From contig UYFQ01000858.1 of NCBI GenBank assembly GCA_900617105.1, positions 1 through 64,000 of the forward strand: a stretch of DNA of 64,000 nucleotides, written 5' to 3'. The DNA comes from Hydrurus foetidus. Its lineage: Eukaryota. The position numbers were made by a program, and so were the translations under genes. The notes under the pieces are model-generated. The model ran no database searches. It saw only the letters and a program-made list of their open reading frames with translations, and was not told where the DNA came from. Of this stretch, positions 14,501-26,562 are shown in pieces (within the stretch, counting starts at the first letter, position 1; every line of letters begins with the position of its first letter).

Positions 14501-17500
14501 CTCCCCCTGAGCATTACTCCCCCTCCACGTGTTATCTGTGACAGATGAACTTGAACTTGAACTTGAACATCCCTCCCCCTGAGCATTACTCCCCCTCCAC
14601 GTGTTATCTGTGACAGATGAACTTGAACTTGAACATCCCTCCCCCTGAGCATTACTCCCCTCCACGTGTTATCTGTGACAGATGAACTTCAACTTCCCTC
14701 CCCCTGAGCATTACTCACCCTCCACGTGTTATCTGTGACAGATAAACTTCAACATCAGCGTGGTTATCCATTTGTGACGAAAAAGGAGAGACACACAGAA
14801 ATCTCAAGTAGTCCCGTTTTGCTCAATGATACCCTGTTAACGAAGGACGAAATTGTTCGGATATGGAGCACGAAACGGTGAGTCGACATGAAACCTTTCT
14901 TACGATCAAGGGACGTGTTTAATTGCTGATCTGATCCACTTGTGGTGTGAACCCCCTCCCCTGTAAACGGCAATTCACACACACTATCTGTACCATACTG
15001 TTTCCAGTTTTCAGTACGGTACAGTTGGTGTGTGGATTAAGAATGAGTTACAGGAATGGGTCCAGATTGAAAGTGGATCAGATTAGCAATTCCCTTGACA
15101 TCACTCTTCATCATATTTTCCTGGTCCCTTTTTCTTTTTTTATTTTATTTTATTTTTATTTTCCTGGTCCCTTTTTTATTTTATTGTATTTTATTTTATT
15201 TTATTTTATTTTATTTTATTTCTTTTATTTCTTTTTATTTCTTTGCACGAACATTTTGTTACCTCCAAATTGTTATGAGAGAAAAATTAATCAATAAACG
15301 TTAAAAATATGACGGCAGGATTGCTCTTGATATTTTGCACTAAATGATAACTAATCACGACTAAAAAGTAAAATTCAAATTTCTTTTCGCACAAAATGAA
15401 AAGCAGAATGGACCTCAGGAATGAAGAAGAAAAGAACATTCTCAGACTACTTTTGAAGGTGAAAAACAGAGGAACATTCTTTTAACGAATACTTGATATC
15501 TAAGATAATCAACTGCTTTCAACATTTATTTATCACATAATTTTTTTTGCACCATGTAATAATATTTTCATTGTCGAAGTCACAACTATACAGGAACATC
15601 ACTTTTATACACTCAAAAAGATGACCGCTGAAAACAGAACAACTATTCTCATATTCGTGAAATATGCTTCAAGAAAATCTTCAAAAGTGCTGTTATGTTT
15701 TGACTTGCACGATGTTATTATTTACTATTTTTACTAATTCATTCATTCGTATCTTTTCTTATTTGTGCGTGTTTTATTCTTGCAGTATAATGGCAGTTAT
15801 GAAAGTCACGCGGAGTACGTAGCGCACACACAGCAGAAAGCTGACTTGAAAAGCGAGAGAGGTCAGCTGAACGTTTGTATAGTATAGAGTAGAGTGTACT
15901 TTGCACTTGTGATATCTTATTGTACGATGATATATGTTGTATACCACTTTACATGCATATTCGCGATACTTATCAAGCGTTCGAATCTAATCGTATTTAC
16001 TCACATATTAGAAATGAGAATTGTGTACCCTGTCATGCAGTGCGCACTTGTGTTGTCTAGTTCCATTTATCTTGAAAAATAAAAACAGAAAATCAATCAA
16101 AAGAAAATCTCATGGTTAGATAGGGATTATACTTCCTTTGGAAATCAGATTTATGTGATATGATTTGATCTGCTCTTATCTGATTACGTTTGGCTTGGCG
16201 TGGTTTGGTTTGAGTTGAGTTGAGTTGAGTTGATTGCATTCTATTCTATTCTATTCTATTCTATTCTATTCTATTCTATTCTATTCTATTCTATTCTATT
16301 CTATTCTATTCTATTCTATTCTATTCTATTCTATTCTATTCTATTCTATTCTATTTTTATTTTATTTAATTTGATTTGATTCGATTTGATTTGATTTGAT
16401 TTGATTTGATTTGATTTGATTTGATTTGATTTGATTTGATTTGATTTGATTTGATTTGATTTGATTTGATTTGATTTGATTTGATTTGATTTGATTTGAT
16501 TTGATTTGATTTGATTTGATTTGATTTGATTTGATTTGATTTGATTTGATTCGATTTGATTTGATTTGATTTGATTTGATTTGATTTGATTTGATTCGAT
16601 TTGATTTGATTTGATTTGATTTGATTCGATTGAATCTGCTCTTACTTCATCCGATTTTAGGTTCCAACCAGATCATAGCATCTGGTCAAATCGCAGTGAG
16701 GAATGGCGCACTAAATCTCTCGGTGTCAGAACAAGAAAAACAGAACATGGATCCAGATTCGAGGTGATGAAGGGATAGTTATTCGATTTCAGCACTTCTT
16801 TTTTTCTCCTTTTTTGTCTTTTTTTTACCTATTTTATTATTGCTCTATGTTATTCATTTAACTTACTTCTCTTCATTTTATCTGCATTCTGTATTTTGTA
16901 TTCTGTATTCTGCATTCTGTATTCTGTATTCCGTCTTTCAGAGCCCGTCATCTCTTGAGAGAAATCGACCGAGCCATCGGACATAAAACTGCTTGCATCG
17001 ATTCGTACGAGCTGCACGCGTACGGACAGAGGTTCCCCGCACATATGCTCAGGTGCGTATACATGCATTCTAAGTTCAAAAGTAAACAGCCCTTTAAAGG
17101 ATTTTCTTGAAGCAATTAGACGAATATAGAGTGAGAATCGTTGTTCTCAGAGATTATTTTCGAGCACAAAAAATAGTATTCTTGTTAAGTTATGACTTCA
17201 CAGTACATCTATCTATCTGTCCGTGTGTTGTGTGATTATTAGATGTTCAGTTTCTGTTTCACTTGCTATTGTGCATTAATTTGATGATACACTTCCATCT
17301 CTCCGCCTAAATCTGTTTGTATTGCCTTTTCGGTATGTTGGTAAATTCCATAGTAGATAGATTGACCCTCTGCATAACCCTTCATTCTGTAGGTCGTCTT
17401 TCATTGGAGATAAATTGATGGATTGATTGGCACTCTAAACTGATTTATTGAATTATTGTCAAATTAATGCTGTTATTCCCTACTTATACAATTATTACAC

Positions 17501-20500
17501 TAATGCGATTATAATTATATACAACAAAGACTTTCAAATTCAATTATTCACTATTTTTGACATACCATTATTCTCCTTTATTTTACTACTGTTATTTTCA
17601 ACTTTTTCTTAGAGTTCAGTTGCAAGATTCTTTAGACTGTCTTTTAAAAGATCAAATATTGGACAGAGAAAAGGTACGAAACTTGCTCTAAAGGTTGAAG
17701 TCAAAACAGATGATGTTATGCCATGTAGTGATTTCGTGCAACTCTTACAGAATATGCAAGGGTTACGCGCATTCGATTTAATTTATCTGCTGGTCTATCT
17801 GTAATGAATCAACTACATCATCATATAACAGTCATTAATATATCCAACTTCAACTTCAACTTCAGCATTGTACCCTTCTTGAAGTAATTTATCATATTTT
17901 GAAGTCAGAGTTCTCTTTTTTCGAAACGCTCACTTTTGCCGTTTATTTTCTGTATAGGATGATAGGATGAAGGAAAGCAAAGAAGAAGAAGAAGAAGAAG
18001 AAGAAGAAGAAGAAGAAGAAGAAGAAGAAGAAGAAGAAGAAGAAGAAGAAGATGTTGATGATGATGGGAACAAAGAAAATGACAATGACGCACATGATAA
18101 TGAAGAAAATGGAAGAGATGATAGAAATCGAATGGCATCGTCTAATACACGTACGAAAAGAGCTTTAAAAAACAGCGATGCAAATGACGCATCTCTAACT
18201 CTTGATAAAAGAGAAGACAATTTTAAAACGAAATCAGGTCAACGTATATCGGAAACTGAGCCATCCGATCTTACTGAAAAGAGTATGAGATTAATGGTAC
18301 TGGACAAAGTTGAGCAAGCATCCAGTGACAGGTTGAAAAGAAAAAGGAGACGCAAGGTAAGACAGATTGCAGTGAAGAAAAAGAGCTGCATCGAGTGCGA
18401 AGAGCTGTATTTGCTATACTGACGATATTGTCGAAGATCCATCTAAACTGGAATACTGCACTCCTGCACTCGAAATCGCCGCTTAGAACAACGGTTATCA
18501 CTCTATATTCGTTACCTGTGCTTCGAGAAAATCCTCAAAAGTGCTGTCTTGTTTTGAATTCAACAATACTCAAAAACACTGAGTACCAAGGACTGTATAG
18601 AATTAGCGATATCATGCAGTATATAATAGCAACCAAAATGGATTCTTCCAATCAGCAAATATTATTATTACCATCAAAAACGTCATCACTTATAACAACA
18701 TGATTATTTTTCTCAATTGAATATTAATATTGCTTAGGAGTCCAATATCGCCAAAGATGTTTCTCGAGCAAAAAAGGTTCTGGCGTCACAGAAATTCACA
18801 GGAGAGAAACTTCATGAAGCGATTCTTATGGTGAGGAAAAAAAAGAAAAAAGAAAAAAGAAAATGAATGAAAAGGATTTTAGAGGGAAAAAAAGAGGAGA
18901 AAAGAAAGGAAAAAAAGAAAAGAATACAAGAATGCTTTGATTCCGACAATTTGATTGATATTCGTTCGTATACGAACCCATTCAATTGTTAAAACGTACA
19001 CGCACGTACGCACACTCACACGCACGTACGCATACTCACACTCACACTCACACGTATATACACACATTTTCTCCATAATTGTTGCGTTTACAGTTTAATT
19101 GGAATATCACGATTCTGTCCTCGGAAATAATCGCTCAGAACTACAAGTTACGCTCAACATTCCTTCAAACATGCCCAGAAAATGTCGCGTATCCGTGACT
19201 TCCGCAAACTCTCACTTCTCCTTATACGACAGTGTAACACTCTAATTAAGTTGACGCTTTCTCTCACCCCAGAAGAATCTAGGACCTGGGACGTGTGTGG
19301 CGTGTCGGTCAAATCCGTGTTCCTGGAAACCGTCAATTGATGTGGTGAGTAGTTCTCTTGTGGGAATGTGTATGCGTGTCTGTATGCGCCCTCTCCTATT
19401 TCCTTATCTGTCTCTCTGCCCCACTGCATATCACCCTCACACCTCCTCTTCCTTCCTCTACCTTTCTCTCTCTCTTCCTTTCTCTACCTTTCTCTACATT
19501 TTTCTACCTCTCTCTCTCTTCTCTTTCTCTACCTTTCTCCACCTTTTCCCTCCTTTTTCCTCCTTTTTCTCTCCTCTTCCAGGCAGCGTATAGTTTTCGT
19601 TTCAAGCAACTCAGTGTAGAGCTGGAGAGGGTCAAGTCAGACAGAACGCTCACAGCAGAATCAATCGTACGTCATTCGTTACGTTAGATTTAATTATTTT
19701 AGATTACGTTACGTTACATTGCATTACATTACGTTACGTTACGTTACGTTACGTTACGTTACGTTACGTTACGTTACGTTACGTTACGTTACGTTACGTT
19801 ACGTTACGTTACGTTGTACGTATGTGCATGGACATTCAATAGTGTAGCAGACTTTTTTGTACTTTGATTTCTATAGTAGGTATTTAATGTACTTCAATAA
19901 CACATAAATAATTCACCAATATTACGAACTTCATCATTTTTACAAAATAAAATTTCATGCAGCACAACTTGATAAGGTTTCATTAATTACTTTGCGCTCT
20001 TTGAAGCACATTTTGCTGGGAAAATAAGACTGATATCATAACACAATTAATACCAATATCAGAAATGATGATTTTTAATCAAATTAACTGATAGCACTAT
20101 GCTATCATTATTTTGTTTCTCTTTTCCCTCCAGATTAGTAGAGGAGCGGTAGAGGGAGGTAGCAGCATCTACAGAAGAGTTGACCTCATAGATGAAGTAA
20201 GTCATTGTGATGCAATATGAAATGATATGACATGACATATAAAATGATCTCCCCCTTCCTTTCTTCCCTCCCTCCTTCCTCCCTCCTCCTCCTCCCTCCC
20301 TCCCTCCCTTTCCTTCCTTCCCTCCCTCCTCCCTCCTCCTCCTCCTCCTCCCTCCTTCCCTCCCTCCCTCCCTCCCTCCCTCCTCCCTCCTCCCTCCCTC
20401 CCTCCCTCCCTCCCTCCCTCCCTTTACAGCTCTCAGAAGAGATGTCAGAAGTCAAGCACCACATGGAACTGAATCAAATTGACCGAGAGTTCCATGACGT

Positions 20501-23500
20501 ACTGGTGAGTAAGAGTGCGTACGTGTCAGTGGCCAGTCTACACGGATACAACACCATTCTCTGGAGGAGCCACGCACGACAAGCTCTGCAGAACAGACAG
20601 GTACTTCACTGACAACATCATGACCATCCAAGGCATTGATGACCGTGTTCATCAGTGAAACAAAGTCTCAATTTTTTGTATAGGGTAATGTCCCTCGTTT
20701 TCTGTAATTTTCCTGTATGGGGCAATACTATTTCGTTTTTAGCTATTTACGATTACTGAAAAGTTAGTGCGGTATTTGTAATTTATGCTTTTCGTAATTC
20801 ACAATCGCTTCTATTGTCATCATTCTAAACCTTACTAATGTATCTAATGATTTTACCGTACTGTGTACCGTACTGTGTATTTGTCGTAATTAGAAACAAG
20901 TACTGTATCTTAAATGATCTATACTTGTTGCTTCTAATATTCTTATTCTGATTTCGTTATTTCCATCCTCTTATAAATCTTTTCTTTTTTTCCATTTTTC
21001 CTTGTTTCATTTTGTTTCCTTTTTTCCTTTTTTCCTCTTTTCTTTTGAAGTTTTCGCCGATCGATTTTTCCCTTTGAGGATCGCTCGATCTGGATTCTTG
21101 CCTGATTTTTTTCTTGATCCCGATTTTCGATTCTTGCCGAGGTCGCCCGCCTGATTTTCGCCTTTGATCTTTCGCGTAAAGCTTTCTTTTGATCGGATTT
21201 TTCTTTCTATCGCTGACGGATCATCTTCTTCTTCACTTCACTTCACTTTCTTCGCCTGAAAAGAGTGGATCTTTAGTTGCAAAAGAAACCATCGAAAAGA
21301 TCTTGGACTCGATGCTGCAAGGTGATTCCAGAACATGAAGAACAAATTGCAACATTTCACGATATTAGATGTAATGTAACATGACATCATATCATCTGAA
21401 ATTCTCAAAAGAAGTCAAAATTCTTCTAAATTAGTCTTAATTTTGATGTTTTAGACTGGACGTTTGGAGAGTGGAGTTCTCCTGTTGCCGAGCTAACCGA
21501 TCTCGACCACACAGTAACGGAACGGAGAGCAATTACAAGTACTGTACCAGGTATTCGTTCATTGATGTCTGTTTGCAAACTTTTGCATCTATTCAATTTT
21601 TAACTGCACAGTGTTTTTTACTTTTTACGTGTTTACATTATTTCTCAATTACAACGCATCGGAATAAAAAAATTCCTGCCAATCATTTTTAGTACTGTTT
21701 TACTTCTTCTACGTATTTGTGACCCCCTCGAAACCTCATCATCCATCGCATAATTCTTCTCGAAAAATGAAGTGCGAGTAGACAGAGTCACTGCTCTGTT
21801 TCAAAAACACAACTCAGAAATCCAGAGAGAAAAAGAGAAAAAGAAGAATGGAGACGGAAGTGAAGTAACAGGTGATTCACGAATTTTCAATCATTTCGGT
21901 ATTTTGACATGTGTTGATATCACGTTTGTTTGCTTCCCGTAATCTGAGATCGTACATAATAGCAGTGAAATATTCGTATTTTGGAACATGACGTACTCCT
22001 TGTCCACAAGTATCATCGTATGATGAAAAATCACTCACTCTTCTTACAGTCACGATTGCCTCGATACGAAGCAATCGATTTAATTTCTTAACTATCATTT
22101 TAACATTATAATTCGTATGTATAACAAGATGTCGAGAAATCTATGAGTCCAAGGTCCTCGTCTGACAGTACGTTCGGAACACGTACAGTTCTGAGCAATT
22201 TAAAAGTAGCGAGAAATGGAAATAAACATGAAAAAATATTAGATGAGACCGAGGCAAATATCAGATTTGGTTTGTTCATGATAACTATCATGTACTTCAG
22301 GTAGGAGACATTATACGTGCGTATTTGATATGATTTACAAAACGGTTTTTCAGGTTTAATTTGCTTCACTTTTCTTTTTTGTTCTGTGCTCAAAGCAGAT
22401 TCCTCTCTGTCTCTTACGTGCATTTATAAATATCATCGCTACATTTCAATCAATTTAGAACTATTTATTACTTGAGAACTGAAGCAAGAGAGTTGGCGAA
22501 AAAGGAAAAAAACGCGAAATTAGCATCAGGTCAGTCATTTTTTAAAATTCAATACAAGTTAAGAATCAATGACTACTTAAAAAAGAACAGACAACATATC
22601 ATCAAATATGATACGGCAATTTTGAGAGGAAAATAATTCTTTTTATATCTCCCCTGATAACATATGTATGAAGCTGAAGTGTGTATTTTCTAATTAATCA
22701 AAACCAACTTTTTGCATTTAAAAAACACACACAAAAAATCACTTACGTACTTGCGACTTTTCCAGAATATGAGTGTCTTAAAAAGAAAAACAGCAGAGCA
22801 GTGATTTACGTTACATTGTGTTTATATTTGACTGATTATTACCGTGTTGTGAAATCTATCAAATGTACTTGATAAAACAGGTCGCACATATTTCATTTCA
22901 ATTATTATGTACCCCGATATTTGTCCGAATAGTTTTTACTGCAATTGCAATACGTTTCAAATTCAGCATTTACTGAATGATTTAGACTAGAATCAATGCC
23001 ATTTGAATGCCACTGAATATCATTACTATTTACTTTATTGCATCACAATAATTCTGATCTAACTACGATCTAATCATGATCTTATTTCTGTTTCTAAGAT
23101 AACCAAGCTGCTTCCCCGAGACTTGTCACAGTTTCAGAATCGAATGAAATAAATGAAATGAAGAAAAAAACATTGCGTAAGTTCCGATCCGATTTTCGAT
23201 CTGAGTGTTTGCGAAGCCTCGTATTTTGAGTTTTTAACTTGGCTTTTTCAAACTCGATCCTGGGAAAAATTACAACTTTTTATTTTGAAAACCCGAGTTC
23301 CCCACGTGTTTTGGAGGAAATCGTTTTTATTCTTGTTGTGACGAGTTTGAAATTCGTATTATCAAATACGAGGTTTCGCAAACACTCTATTTTAATTTTT
23401 GATTTTAATTCGATGGCTTCACTTATTGTTGGTGCTTGATATTTATGATATGATATGATATGATGTGATATGAAGTGATGTGATGTGATCGATGGATTTG

Positions 23501-25351
23501 TTGTGTCATTGTTTTTTTATTTCGTTACTATGTGAAGATTCATTTCATCACATTTTTTTATTTACGTATTTCAGGTGAACACAAAATCGGAGCAATAAAA
23601 AGTGAAAGAGGTGTCGGCCACACAAGACAAATAGCGCGAGTATTAGAAGAAAAAAAAGATGCTTTGCAAGGACTTAAAGTGAGCACATTAATACTATTTA
23701 TTAACCATTTATTCACCAGACGTATTTCTTACATTTCAATTTAGTTAACACATTCAATTCAATTTATCCCTTCTACTTTTGACATTAATTTTGTATTAGT
23801 TTATTTATTAAATTGTGTTTGTCAACTTGTGATATATTTTGCAGGCAAGAATATTGCGTCAGAATTTAGAGAGAAATCACGTACGTACGGTACAGCGAGT
23901 GTTTCGGGGGTACATCGGAAGAAAAGCAGGCGAGAACAAACGATTCACAGTGCCTCTGGTGTAATTGTTCCTCATTTGATATACTTGTGATGTGCTGTGA
24001 TGTGCTGTGATGTGATGTGATGTGATGAGATGTGATGTGATGTGATGTGATGTGATGTGATGTGATGTGATGTGATGTGATGTGATGTGATGTGATGTGA
24101 TGTGTGATGTGATGTGATGTGATGTGATGTGATGAGATGTGATGTGTGATGTGATGTGGTGTGATGAGATGTGATGTGATGGATGTGTGATGGATGGATG
24201 GATGTGATGGGGATGAGATGGATGGATGGATGTGATGTGATGTGATGTGAATGATGTGATGGTGTGCTGTGATATGATATGATGTGATGTGATGTGATGA
24301 GATGTGATGTGATGTGATGTGATGTGATGTGATATGATGAGATGTGATATGATGTGATGTGATGCGATGTGATGAGATACCGTGTAACGTGATACTAGTC
24401 AGTGCTAGTGAAGGAATGAACATGACCAACTACAGGATTAGAATGATGAAAAATTTGGAGTCGTAGCACTCCATGCAACGTACTTTCTAGACGGAGATGT
24501 AACAGATTTTGCAAACTGTTCAGTTCGTTTTTTTCTATTTTTCTTTATGAAACCACTCTAATGTTAAAATTACAAATATAACAACAGACTGAAAGTTGAG
24601 AGCGATCAAATAAGATGAATTATGATTAGTAACGTACTGATCTTCTACTTGTACTTACAGCATCTCTCTGGAGACTGAAGGTCGCAGAGATGACTGCAAT
24701 GCACTCCCTCCTCTCCGCTTCTGCGCTGTGTGTGCAACGCACGTACAGGTTCGTGCTTTCACAGTACTTACACCACACTCACTGGTTATGTGGTGAAAAT
24801 GCAGTAATTGCATGCAGACTATTTTTGTCGCATCGTTTTTAATTTAATGCTGTTGTATTCCACTATATATTATTTTGAATCTGGCGACTATTCAATTCAA
24901 TTCTTCACAGCACATTTGCTTTTATTTTCACTTTTTATGTTGTCTCTTGAGTCCTCCCCTAATCGCAAGCCCTCTTTTTTTCATTGCATATAAGCTCATT
25001 TTTTGATATTTCAAATAGTCTCCTTGTTCAACATCTATTTCCCCTTCTCTTTCTATCTTGTATTTCTTTTTCTCTCTCTCTTTTTTCTTTTTCTTATTCT
25101 TTTTCTGTTTCTCTTTCTATCTTATATTCCTATCTCGAATTCACAACTGTAGAGGACATCTTGGGCGTGAAGTGGCTCAGCGCAAACGGGCCGCGTACTT
25201 GCACTTCCTCTCCCTTATGCGTAAGGAAGAATCGACGGCTGAAAAAGAACAATACGAAACGATGCATCCGATCTCCAATCTAATCAGAGTCAAAACACAT
25301 CAAGTCAATGACGCGTTGCGGAGAAACATTGACGGGACAACAAGAAGATGA
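1..25351 (+). CDS. Large multi-exon uncharacterised coiled-coil protein with C-terminal IQ motif (5' end outside window; exon model incomplete)
   Basis: Dozens of short GT-AG-bounded exons join into sensible frames, e.g. ...IIGHSPYDLQ|SPETKTAAGKITILHQPAHSPIKYGQFRLAVGAASNTKY..., ...RELENLSESLRLAERKLAVCRKLITE|VDVEMNTIRK.... A poly-Glu exon lies near 17960-18356. The last two exons (24661-24748, 25153-25351) splice to VQRTYRGHLGR (IQ motif), with the stop at 25349-25351. Some exons show possible consensus errors. Confidence 0.7.
1010..1680. repeat. Intronic low-complexity tract: degenerate (ATC)/(ATCA) then (GGAGT)/(GTAGT)/(GTGAT)
   Basis: Direct reading. Confidence 0.85.
3251..3578. repeat. 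(CCT)/(CCCT)/(CACT) polypyrimidine microsatellite
   Basis: Direct reading; similar tracts at ~14260-14400 and ~20250-20422. Confidence 0.9.
6376..6581. repeat. (TTCTC)n microsatellite
   Basis: Near-perfect pentamer run before a splice acceptor. Confidence 0.95.
6746..6876. mobile_element. MITE family B copy (~130 bp)
   Basis: Core gaatccaaggtggaaatgaaatg.tgatttcaacactgctcaaac is shared with 26004-26135; imperfect TIRs tattaccaagacagaataaaatg ... cacttcattctgtcccagtgata. Confidence 0.65.
7495..9790. repeat. 2.3-kb compound pentamer microsatellite: (GGGAT)n, (TTATG)n, (GGAGT)n, (GCTGT)n, (GTTGT)n
   Basis: Direct reading; lies in one intron of the large gene. Confidence 0.95.
11416..11520. 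repeat. (TCTTA)n microsatellite
   Basis: Direct reading. Confidence 0.95.
12002..12148 (+). mobile_element. MITE family A copy (~145 bp)
   Basis: TIRs attgtcgaagtc ... gatttcgacaat; core atgaccgctgagaac..cgattctcactctatattcgtc...gcttcgagaaaatc recurs at ~15570, ~17068, ~18427 and ~26360. Confidence 0.7.
12588..12830. repeat. (TTTTC)n microsatellite
   Basis: Direct reading. Confidence 0.95.
14456..14756 (+). repeat. Five-copy minisatellite (55-72 bp spacing) that duplicates a splice acceptor
   Basis: Unit cattactccccctccacgtgttatctgtgacagatgaac(ttgaac)n...; AG ends at 14489, 14544, 14616, 14681 and 14741. Confidence 0.9.
15570..15714 (+). mobile_element. MITE family A copy
   Basis: attgtcgaagtcacaac ... 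atgaccgctgaaaacagaac ... gcttcaagaaaatc ... ttttgacttg. Confidence 0.65.
16239..16625. repeat. (TCTAT)n followed by (GATTT)n microsatellites
   Basis: Direct reading. Confidence 0.95.
17068..17205 (-). mobile_element. MITE family A copy (reverse orientation)
   Basis: ttagacgaatatagagtgagaatcgttgttctcag is identical to the 26360 copy. Confidence 0.65.
18427..18568 (+). mobile_element. MITE family A copy
   Basis: attgtcgaag ... tcactctatattcgtt ... gcttcgagaaaatcctcaaaagtgctg ... ttcaacaat. Confidence 0.6.
19704..19815. repeat. (TTACG)n microsatellite
   Basis: Direct reading. Confidence 0.95.
23987..24375. repeat. (GATGT)n microsatellite
   Basis: Direct reading. Confidence 0.95.
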
Positions 25352-26003
25352 GGAGTGCAAGATGAAAAGTGAACAGACGTGAGGCAAACATGAGCAGTGT
25401 TCGTGCTGGCCACAAGCGATGCACCACTCCCTTTATGTCGTCATCATTTCCTTGCAGTCAACTGCACGCTATTTAACATCGCGTGAGATCTCTTGGGAAT
25501 TTTCTTAAAAACCGTATTGTTTTGCGCTCGTACGTAGAGAGGGACAGTCATGCCTTTGCACGACATCTAAAACTGTGCGTGACATCAGCACTTACTCCGT
25601 CTCATCTGTCGGGAACAATAGCAATAGCAATAATAGCAATAACAATAATAATGTTCAGCAGCAACTGCATACCCTAGTGCACTACAATCACAGCTCATCT
25701 TTTCTTTCCTGTCTGTCTGATAGTCACGTTACACTCCATGACATTCAGGGCTATTCTGTGCGGCGAATTCCGGTGAATTCAATGACCTGTTTTAGACCCA
25801 CCGAATTCAATCGAATTCAGATCGATTTCTCACCTGAAGTCACCTGAGTTCGCCAATAATCGTCAAATCTGTGATTACATAGGTTGGCCATTAGGCACTT
25901 ACATACAATCAACTTATGAAGGTGCTATGATCTGCACATCGCGTAGAAGGACATACGTAAATACACAATATCGTACTAAAATTCGTACTATTCAATATCT
26001 GAT

Positions 26004-26135
26004 GTATTACCAAAACAGAGTAAAATGCCTGATAAACATACACGAATCCAAGGTGGAAATGAAATGGTGATTTCAACACTGCTCAAACCTGTTTTAATTC
26101 TGTGTTTCGGACATTTTATTCTGTCCCAGTAACAC
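26004..26135. mobile_element. MITE family B copy
   Basis: Left end gtattaccaaaacagagtaaaatgcctga vs reverse complement of right end gtgttactgggacagaataaaatgtccga. Confidence 0.7.
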
Positions 26136-26359
26136 TCTTTGTCTTCTTTCGTTTCACCTCATGTGTTTTACGCTGCACTCATTGAGTTGAGATGAGATAA
26201 GATAGTTTGATAATCTGCACCATTGAAACTGCATTTGGCGCATCCGTACTGATATTTCAATTATCTTCTTTCGCTTCTTTTCAATTGGTTTGAACGATTT
26301 TGAATAGTAGAAGCATTCGTACATGTTGGCACAAACACAACATGTCACCACCACAGTCA

Positions 26360-26499
26360 TTGTCGAAGTCAAAACAAGACACCGCTTTTGAAGATTATCT
26401 TGAAGCACATTAGACGAATATAGAGTGAGAATCGTTGTTCTCAGCGGTCATTTTTGAGTACAAAAAATGGTGTTCCTGTTTGTTTGTGACTTCGGAAAT
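26360..26499 (-). mobile_element. MITE family A copy (reverse orientation)
   Basis: attgtcgaagtcaaaac ... gtttgtgacttcggaaat TIRs with the family A core. Confidence 0.7.
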
Positions 26500-26562
26500 A
26501 CCACCATTGAATATGAGGACAATTATTGAATCAAAGCCATAGAATTGGTCAACAGCTGTTAG

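Noticed and set aside
21040..21260. Scrambled TCG/GATC-rich pyrimidine tract (similar texture at 1010-1420)
   Set aside because: Looks like low-quality consensus over a simple repeat; no consistent unit or structure
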